Part shown: in pieces, positions 55,045 through 64,000 of the stretch
How the letters are laid out: the number at the start of each line of letters is the position of its first letter
Numbering within the stretch: position 1 is the stretch's first letter
Assembly: GCA_951406725.2 (NCBI GenBank)
Contig: OX597815.1
Location: 9,610,001-9,674,000, forward strand
Direction: 5' to 3'
Source: Octopus vulgaris
Taxonomy: Eukaryota
Length of the DNA stretch: 64,000 nucleotides
Program-made: the position numbers and the translations under genes
The notes under the pieces: model-generated
Seen by the model: the letters and a program-made list of their open reading frames with translations, nothing else
Database searches by the model: none
Told to the model about the DNA's origin: nothing

Positions 55045-55212
55045 CATATATACGACGGGCTTCTTTCAGTTTCCGTCTACCAAATCCACTCACTAGGCAT
55101 TGGTCGGCCCAGGGCTATAGCAGAAGACACTTGTCCAAGGTGCCACGCAGTGGGACTGAACCCGGAACCATGTGGCTGGTTAGCAAGCTACTTACCACAC
55201 AGCCACTCCTGC
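54768..55212 (-). mobile_element. SINE family A
   Basis: Full match to family A. Confidence 0.85.
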
Positions 55213-55406
55213 GACTACATTCTTTGCAATTCCTTGTAAAATTATTATTAAAGCTAAAATGAAGGTCAAATAAATAGTGCATATGTTTAATTCACAGAAG
55301 ATGACCATCACCAAGCATAACAAGATGTCACATCAAGAATCTTGCAAAACAAATACACACACACACACACACACACACGTATGTGATTAACCAATCTGGA
55401 ATGAAA

Positions 55407-56745
55407 CCTATTTCTTTACTGCCCACAAGGGACTAAACACAGAGGGTCAAACAAGGACAGACAAAACAGATTAAGTCGATTATATCGACCCCAGAACATA
55501 ACTGGTACTTATTTAATCGACTCCGAAAGGATGAAAGGCAAAGTCGACCTCGGCAGAATTTGAACTCAGAACGTAGCGGTAGACGAAATACCTATTTCTT
55601 TACTACCCACAAGGGGCTAAACACAGATAGGACAAACAAGGACAGACAAAACGGATTAAGTCGATTATATCGACCTCAGTACGTAACTGGTACTTATTTA
55701 ATCGACCCTGAAAGGATGAAAGGCAAAGTCGACCTCGATGGAATTTGAACTCAGAACATAGCGGCAGACGAAACACCTATTTCTTTACTACCCACAAGGG
55801 GCTAAACACAGATAGGACAAACAAGGACAGACAAAACGGATTAAGTCGATTATATCGACCTCAGTACGTAACTGGTACTTATTTAATCGACTCCGAAAGG
55901 ATGAAAGGCAAAGTCGACCTCGGCAGAATTTGAACTCAGAACGTAGCGGTAGACGAAATACCTATTTCTTTACTACCCACAAGGGGCTAAACACAGAGGG
56001 GTCAAACAAGGACAGACAAAACAGATTAAGTCGATTATATCGACCTCAGTACGTAACTGGTACTTATTTAATCGACTCCGAAAGGATGAAAGGCAAAGTC
56101 GACCTCGGCAGAATTTGAACTCAGAAAGTAGCGGCATATGAAATACCTATTTCTTTACTACCCACAAGGGGCTAAACACAGATAGGACAAACAAGGACAG
56201 ACAAAACAGATTAAGTCGATTATATCGACCTCAGTACGTAACTGGTACTTATTTAATCGACTCCGAAAGGATGAAAGGCAAAGTCGACCTCGGCAGAATT
56301 TGAACTCAGAACGTAGCGGTAGACGAAATACCTATTTCTTTACTACCCACAAGGGGCTAAACACAGAGGGGTCAAACAAGGACAGACAAAACAGATTAAG
56401 TCGATTATATCGACCTCAGTACGTAACTGGCACTTATTTAATCGACTCCGAAAGGATGAAAGGCAAAGTCGACCTCGGCAGAATTTGAACTCAGAACGTA
56501 GCGGTAGACGAAATACCTATTTCTTTACTACCCACAAGGGGCTAAACACAGATAGGACAAACAAGGACAGACAAAACGGATTAAGTCGATTATATCGACC
56601 TCAGTACGTAACTGGTACTTATTTAATCGACTCCGAAAGGATGAAAGGCAAAGTCGACCTCGGTGGAATTTGAACTCAGAACATAAGAGGCAGACGAAAC
56701 ACCGCTAAGCATTTCGCCTGGCATGCTAACATCTCTGCCAGCTCA
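55407..56745 (-). mobile_element. SINE family B, one head plus 7 bodies (185-bp tandem array)
   Basis: Units start cctatttc at 55407, 55591, 55776, 55961, 56146, 56331 and 56516. Head at 56701-56744. Imperfect TSD tctggaatgaaacc / tctgaattgaaacc. Confidence 0.93.
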
Positions 56746-56879
56746 GTCTGAATTGAAACCATTAGCTATTGTAAATTATTGAACTTTCCAATATTGTCAA
56801 TAAAGTTGTTGCCATGGAAATGAACCGAGCTCTTAGTCTTTGAGATTGTCTTATCTTTTGTACATTATAGACACACACA

Positions 56880-56968
<89 letters not shown>

Positions 56969-56992
56969 ACACACACACACACTAACATGTAT

Positions 56993-57222
56993 GGCGGCGA
57001 GCTGGCAGAAACGTTAGCATGCCGGGCGAAATGCGTAGCTGTATTTCGTCTGCCGTTACGTTCTGAGTTCAAATTCCGCCGAGCTCGACTTTGCCTTTCA
57101 TCCTTTCTGGGTCGATAAATATGGTACCAGTTTCGCACTGGGGTCTATGTAATCGACTTAATCCCTTTGTCTGTCCTTGTTTGCCCCCTCTATGTTTAGC
57201 CCCTTGTGGGTAGTAAAGAAAT
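56993..57222 (+). mobile_element. SINE family B monomer, head-to-head with the array
   Basis: ggcggcgagctggcagaaacgttagc through gggtagtaaagaaat. Confidence 0.88.
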
Positions 57223-57866
57223 GTGTATGGCTGTGTAGTGAGGCCTCTGCTGACTTTCAAACTGTCTTACTCAAGTCTAATTATATTGTCAGTCTAATTA
57301 TATTGCTGTAACAGTAAACATGATGGTGGGTCCAAGAACAGCAATGAGAAATGAACTGTATTGCCATAAAAGGTATTAATGCATCTATGAACATGGTTTG
57401 ACCAATGAGATTGAAAGTTGTATTACTAAATGAATGATAGACTTGAAAATAAATTTTAAGAATTCTCTCCCAAATAATTCTGCCGAAGGTTCCAGAAACT
57501 TGATTAAATGCCATAAAAAGCTGGCATTTTGAAGCAGAATAACCTTAGGTACCACAAAGAAGAGTCAATTCTGAGATAAGCCGTTCTGACTATTTTGTCT
57601 ATTCTCTCTTGAATTACCATGGGTGATTTTCATATAAATAAATTATTTTATGCTATGAAGACTTAACCATAATATTTACTGTATCATGCTTTCTGTTTTA
57701 TTCAAATAATTTGTTGTGTTTGTGTAAATGCAAACGTTCCAAGCAATGAAAATATAGAAACATACAAATGTTTCTACAATCACTTTCACTTTCACATACA
57801 GCCTAATTAATTAATGTTATGTGCTACTGATAACGAACGAATGACAAGATCCACTAAATGTGAACC

Positions 57867-58247
57867 TACACTTGCGTCAGAAATTAATTAGCACTTCTCA
57901 AATTTCTACATTAAATAGGTTAAATCAATTAACCTATGAGCTGTTCAAAACGACTTACGCGATGAGAAAACTTAGTATGGTGTGATTTCGGTCCTTGCGA
58001 GGCACTACCTATATCTATTAACCAAAGGAAGATTTGTCTGCATCCGCACTCCAATTTGTTGCACTGCTATGTCAACATCATAAGGCTGTAGACTCTCAAA
58101 CTGCTCTGCAAACAAAGTTACGTCATCGGTCTGCGCAACAGTGAACTCGCAACAAAGCAATAGTTCGAGATATGGCCACTAGGTGACAGCACATACCTTG
58201 AGTGAAGAGCAAATCAAGGGTGCTAATTAATTTCTGATGCAAGTGTA
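57867..58247. mobile_element. Tc1/mariner MITE
   Basis: TIRs TA-cacttgcgtcagaaattaattagcac / gtgctaattaatttctgatgcaagtg-TA. Confidence 0.85.
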
Positions 58248-58379
58248 CACACAGTCATATATTCATACATGAACACAATCAAAATTATCTTCTAACATCA
58301 TCATAAATATTTTGTTCTATGTGAAAGCAAATAGAAGATGTTATGATGATGACATTTACAGTTTAATGAGGTTGATGTT

Positions 58380-58770
58380 CATCATCATCATCATCATCAT
58401 CGTTTAACGTCCGTTCTCCATGCTAGCATGGGTTGGACAGTTCGACAGGTGATCTGGGAAGCCATGGAGGCTGCACCAGGCTCCAGTCTTATCTGGCAAT
58501 GTTTCTACAGCTGGATGCCCTTCCTAACGCCAACCACTCCGTGAGTGTAGTGGGTGCTTTTTACGTGCCACCCGCACAGGTGCCAGGCGAGGCTGGCAAC
58601 GGCCATGGTCGGATTGGTGCATTTTACGTGCCACCGGCACGGAAGCCAGTCGAGGCGGCGCTGGCATCGGCCACGATTCAGATAGTGCTTTTTACGTACC
58701 ACCAGTCCAGGGGTCCTGGCATCTGCCAGGTGCCAGTCATAGGATTGGTTCAATTTCGATTAAATTCGAT
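58380..58770 (-). mobile_element. RTE 3' end fragment
   Basis: (CAT)n plus the family 3' UTR. Confidence 0.82.
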
Positions 58771-58957
58771 CATGAGTATACAAAACATGAACAGAGGAGA
58801 TGTGGGGGATTCCAGAGACGTTTAGTTCTGGGGAGGATGGAATTGTTGAACCATTTGGAGATGGGACCTGGTAGGTGAGGTACATAAGGGGTGGTGTTAG
58901 ATGGAAGAAGAATGAAATAAGTGAGATCCAGTGGAGGTGATATGAAGCTTGTCTCTT

Positions 58958-59344
58958 TCTATATAAAGCTGAAGTTGTCTGTGTATGGCAGGTTTGGTAG
59001 CCTTCAACTAACACTATCTCCTCCGAGACCCTGCGGCGCAAGTTGACCAAAATTGAGAGTATGATAGAAGAAGACTTGCTCTTCCTTCCGTAGAAGAAAA
59101 AATTCAAATCGAACCATGTTAACACCAAATATTATTTACATCAAAAAGGTGCTTTTTTTTCTATGAAAATCCCTATTTTTTACGATTTTTTGACTGCTGT
59201 GTTGCCATTTTTCGGTGTATTTCAACCAGAAAAATGTTCACTTAAAGAGAATAATAAGCTACATAATGCAAAATGTTTACTTTTCAAAAATTCCAATTCT
59301 AAAGGGTCGAAACAAACCCGAGCAATGCTGGGCGATACTGCTAG
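58958..59344 (+). mobile_element. Non-autonomous Helitron
   Basis: TC 5' end, 3' hairpin and CTAG|T; matches 22456-22832. Confidence 0.82.
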
Positions 59345-59763
59345 TTAGTTCAGAAGAACAGATGCTGTTGAAGAATCACAAAAAAGAATGGTAAGATGAC
59401 ACAGTTTATTCATGTGTTATACAGTGTGTTTATGATTGGATTTTTGCCAATAAATTGAATTGTCTTCTTTGCAATGTGGTGATATTTGTGTGTATAACAA
59501 CAGCAACGTCCCAGATATTTGAGCAGCACAGTTCTAGAATAACTATGAGTGTAACAGAAGCACTACTGTCTCATATATATGAGAAGTACTCTAATGAGGT
59601 TCTAGGGTAACTATGTGTGTGTGTGTGTGTGGCAGCAAAACTGTAAGTAGTGTATTGTTATATGGGATACATATAGCTACATATATGTAACACCACCATT
59701 GTTCCATGTCATCATCATCATCATCATCGTTTAATGTCTGCTTTCCATGCTAGCATGGGTTGG

Positions 59764-60201
59764 ACGATTTTGACTGAGGGCTGACACGATTTGGACTGAG
59801 GGCTGACACGATTTGGACTGAGGGCTGACACGATTTGGACTGAGGGCTGACACGATTTGGACTGAGGGCTGACACGATTTGGACTGAGGGCTGACATGAT
59901 TTGGACTGAGGGCTGACACGATTTTGACTGAGGGCTGACACGATTTTGACTGAGGGCTGACACGATTTGGACTGAGGGCTGACACGATTTTGACTGAGGG
60001 CTGACACGATTTTGACTGAGGGCTGACACGATTTTGACTGAGGGCTGACACGATTTTGACTGAGGGCTGACACAATTTGGACTGAGGGCTGACACGATTT
60101 GGACTGAGGGCTGACACGATTTGGACTGAGGGCTGACACAATTTTGACTGAGGGCTGACACGATTTGGACTGAGGGCTGACACGATTTGGACTGAGGGCT
60201 G
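59764..60201. repeat. 22-bp minisatellite (acgatttggactgagggctgac) x ~20 inside an RTE 3' end (59708-60355)
   Basis: Seen directly; an unexpanded single copy is at 20044-20063. Confidence 0.95.
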
Positions 60202-61374
60202 GCGAACCAGATGGCTGTACCTGGCCCCAATCTTGATCTGGCAGAGTTTCTACAGCTGGATGCCCTTCCTTACATAAACCACTCCGAGAGTGTAGTGGGT
60301 GCTTTTTACATGCCACTGGCACAAGGGCCAGTCAGGCGGTACTGGCAATGACCTCGGGTTTAGAATAGCTTTGTATATAGTAGTGGTACTGCTCCATATA
60401 TTTGGTCAGTATTGTATGGCGTGTCTTACAATACTATAGTTGTGTGTGTGTGTGTGTGTAACAGCAACTCTGTCTCCAATATGTGAAATGTACTGTAGTG
60501 TGTGGCTCAGATGGCCATGAATGTAATATAATAATACTGTCACATATATGTAAGAAGTACTGAAATGTGTTATTACTTGAACTTGACTGAGGGTCAATAA
60601 TGACTGATCAAAGATAAAGTATTACTTGGCTCTGAAAAAGCAACCCTAGTCTTTGTGAGACAGAACTGGCAACGATATGTATATGTTTTGGCAATGATAT
60701 ACAAACACTAAGTCTTCAGACACAAGCACATGCATACATGTTCATACATAGACAAATACATATGCAAAGAAACTCGTCACATGTGTACACAGATGTGAGT
60801 GTGTGTGTGTCTGTGTGTGTGTGTGTGTGTGTGTGCGCGTATTATATTAAAACTGTTTTGGCAGTGATAATATTAAACAAAACATTCAGCAGCAATTTGA
60901 GATTACAGAGATGTGGAATAAAGGACCTTACTTGAAAATAAGTAAGGGCCGGTATTTCGTCTGCTGCTACGTTCTGAGTTCAAATTCTGCCAAGGTCGAC
61001 TTTGCCTTTCATCCTTTCAGGGTCGATTAAATACTTATCGAATGGTGTTTTTAACGTGCCATCGGCATGGAGGCCAGCTTGTTGCTCTGGCAATGATCTC
61101 ACTCGTATGGTACGCTTAGCGCTCCACTAGCAACAGATGCCAGTCATCAAATTTGATTTTGATTTCACTTGTCTCAACAGGTCTTCGCAAGCAGAATTTA
61201 GTGTCCAATGAAGGAAAGGTACGCATAAGTGGGCTATTTACGCTCCTGACATAGGCTACAGGTTTCATTTTTTAAACTAGTAAGCTATAATTTGAAGGAG
61301 ATTTGGGTGCTATTTCAAGCAGGCTAAGCACCCATGCAGTAGCTATCTCATTGTCTCAGACAGCGGATAACATA

Positions 61375-61597
61375 CCTATTTCTTTATTACCCACAAAGGG
61401 CTAAACACAGAAGGGACAAACAAGGACAGACATAGGTATTAAGTCGATTACATCGACCCTAGTGCGTAACTGGTACTTAATTTATCGACCCTGAAAGGAT
61501 GAAAGGCAAAGTCGACCTCGGCGGAATTTGAACTCACAACGTAACGCAGACGAAATACCGCTAAGCATTTCGCCTGGCGTGCTAACGATTCTGCCAG
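61375..61597 (-). mobile_element. SINE family B monomer with long TSD
   Basis: cagcggataacatacc at 61361-61376 and 61615-61630, extending imperfectly to about 30 bp. Confidence 0.88.
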
Positions 61598-61869
61598 TGG
61601 GTATCTCATCGTCTCAGCGGATAACATACCAAATACAACTTTTGATCGTTATTGTTGTTAATCTTCAGGTCAGCCCTGATCAAGCAGACTTATGATCAAA
61701 AGCATACTAGTTGCAACCAACTCACCATTTTCCCTATGTGCAGGGAACCCAGGGCCATACTACTTAACGCATCCTTTATTACAACATGATTTGAGGGAGA
61801 TTTGAGAGCTCTTTGAAGCGGGTTGAGTAACCATGTAGTGGTTCATTTGTTGCTTCAAACAGCTGATAA

Positions 61870-62191
61870 AGACTCTGCCGGTTACGACGACGAGGGTCCC
61901 AGCTGATACGATCAACGGAACAGCTTGCTCGTGAAATTAACGTGCAAATGGCTGAGCATTCCACAGACACGTGTACCCTTAACGTAGTTCTCGGGGATAA
62001 TCAGCGTGACACAGAGAGTGACAAGGCTGACCCTTTGAAATACAAGTACAACACATTTTTGCCAGCTGAGTGGACTGGAGCAACGTGAAATAAAGTGTCT
62101 TGCTCAAGGACACAACGCGTCGCCGGGAATCGAACTCACAACCTTACGATCATGAGCCGAATGCCCTAACCACTAAGCCACGCGCCCTCAC
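61870..62191 (-). mobile_element. tRNA-derived SINE sharing its 3' half with family C
   Basis: Head gggcgcgtggcttagtggttaggg with B-box gagttcgattccc; TSD aacagctgata on both sides. Confidence 0.82.
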
Positions 62192-62619
62192 AACAGCTGA
62201 TAGCAGGCACGGTGATAACACTTAGTGGTTGTTATTGCTGGTGAGGAAATATGTATTTATGATCATTACATATATTAGATGCAACTTTCATACTAAAAGC
62301 TGGCTTCTTCAATAAAATGACTTTTTTTGTCCTTTTTTTTGATTTTTGATTTTGTTGTTCTGATGTTTTGCAGTTTCTCTCAAAATCCATTTTCTTATTT
62401 TTTTTCTGTTTTCTTTTTTTTTTTTCTGCTTGTATTGTTGTAAGTAATGTGCTACATAATTAAGTGTATTGTTGTTGTTGTTGATGATGATGATGCGAGA
62501 TATAGCTGTATATTCTACTGCTAATGGTTGCTTAAGATTCTAGGTGGGTGCTTAGAATTTCTTTTCATGCACACTAGGTCTTTGTTTGGCTTTCTATAAG
62601 AATGGTACTTACTTCCATC

Positions 62620-62808
62620 ATCTCAACCACCATCACCGCTACCACCACCACCACCACCACCACCACCACCACTTCATAATGTAAGCTCCAGCTGCAGCCA
62701 CCATCACCACCATCACCACCATCACCATCATCACTATGTAGAGTCAGTAGTGGAGGAAGCCTTGATAGTTGTGGTGGTGATGTAGTAATAGTAGTGGTGG
62801 TGGTGGTG

Positions 62809-62843
<35 letters not shown>

Positions 62844-62856
62844 TGTAGTAGTAGTT

Positions 62857-62910
<54 letters not shown>

Positions 62911-63026
62911 ATAATAGTAGCGGCAGCGGTGGTAATGGTGGATAAGATTGTGGTAGAGAGGTTGTAGTGTGGACAGTGGTGATGGTAGTGGTAGTGGTAG
63001 TAGTAGTAGTAGTAGCAGCGGCAGCG

Positions 63027-63062
<36 letters not shown>

Positions 63063-63450
63063 GCGGCAGCGGTGGTGGTGGTAATGGTGGATAAGATTGT
63101 GGTAGAGAGGTTGTAGTGTGGACAGTGGTGATGGTGGTGGCGGTGGTAGTGGTGGTAGTAGTAGTAGTAATAGTAGTAGTAGTAGTTGTAGTAGTAGTAG
63201 TAGTAGTGACGGCAACGGTGGTGGTGGTAATGGTGGATAAGATTTGTGGTAGAGAGGTTGTAGTGTGGACTGTGGTGATGGTGGTGGTGGTGGTAGTGGT
63301 AGTAGTAGTAGTAGCGGCAGCGGTGGTGGTGGTAGTTGTAGTAGTAGTAGTAGTAGTAGACGGCAACGGTGGTGGTGGTAATGGTGGATAAGATTGTGGT
63401 AGAGAGGTTGTAGCATGGGCAGTGGTGGTGGTAGTGGTATTAGTACTGCG
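62620..63450. repeat. (GGT)n/(AGT)n tract with four copies of a ~55-bp higher-order unit
   Basis: ggtaatggtggataagattgtggtagagaggttgtag recurs near 62931, 63080, 63226 and 63377. Confidence 0.9.
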
Positions 63451-63782
63451 AGCAGTGGTGTTGGTGGAAGTGGCGATGGAAGGATTTTTTTTTTTTTTTT
63501 TGTGTACTGTTGGTGGTAAAAATGGGGGTGGAGACGGTGAAAGTTTTTTTTGTGAGGAGGTAGTGTTCTGAAAAATTCCATAGCAATATCTACCAATAAT
63601 AGAAATCAATACAAAATGAAGATATTGGTAATTTCAGATAAGGAATTACAACATTGTTGCTGATGTTGTTGTTGATGTTGTTGTTGTTGCTGATGTTCCA
63701 ACCTCATCTCTTCTACAGTTGTACAAACATTGCTGCCAACATTAATGGTGTGCGTATGCACGCATGCATGCATGCATGCAGA

Positions 63783-63821
<39 letters not shown>

Positions 63822-64000
63822 GTGTGTGTGTATGTGTGTGTGTGGGGGGGGTGATATGTAAGCAGTGTGTGTCTGGAGGTGTTATGTATGGATGGGGGTG
63901 TGTGTTATGTATGTATGGATGTGTGTGCAGTGTGTGTGGATATGTATGGGGTAGCATCTTCATCATCATCATCATCATCATCATCACCATCACACCACCA

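Noticed and set aside
55407-56745. Repeated 62-aa ORFs, or a CRISPR/retrozyme reading of the 185-bp array
   Set aside because: The ORFs are antisense SINE translations, there are no unique spacers, and I found no CUGANGA hammerhead core in the unit on either strand.
62574-63609. 340-aa and 291-aa Thr/Pro-rich ORFs, and a GTAAGT donor-like site near 62610 as an NPDC1 exon
   Set aside because: Trinucleotide repeat. The phase after ATGGAA does not fit the downstream exon and no NPDC1 motif is present.

Overview
AT-rich, repeat-saturated eukaryotic DNA. The microsatellite load and the SINE/LINE families suggest an octopus (coleoid cephalopod) genome; this is inferred, not database-confirmed. One host gene is recognisable: the last two coding exons of an NPDC1/CAB-1 orthologue on the minus strand (46961-46862 and 36697-36575, ...EEGDYTVYECPGLAP|TGEMEVKNPLF...). 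They are joined by a 10,164-nt GT-AG intron, and I found no further upstream exon in the window. The rest is transposable-element debris: three tRNA-type SINE families, RTE/CR1/R4/Tx1 LINE fragments, Penelope-like fragments with minimal hammerhead-ribozyme motifs, Tc1/mariner and piggyBac-type MITEs, non-autonomous Helitrons, two decayed gypsy pol remnants, and many simple and tandem repeats. Almost all ORFs in the supplied track are repeat artefacts. Most notable: (1) a SINE whose insertions end at GGT target sites and which forms precise one-head/multi-body arrays at its own internal GGT site; (2) an inverted Helitron pair at the two ends of the NPDC1 last intron; (3) hammerhead motifs, one inside a long hairpin; (4) several fold-back structures that could be dsRNA/ADAR substrates. 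Repeat boundaries were read by eye and are approximate unless exact motifs are quoted.
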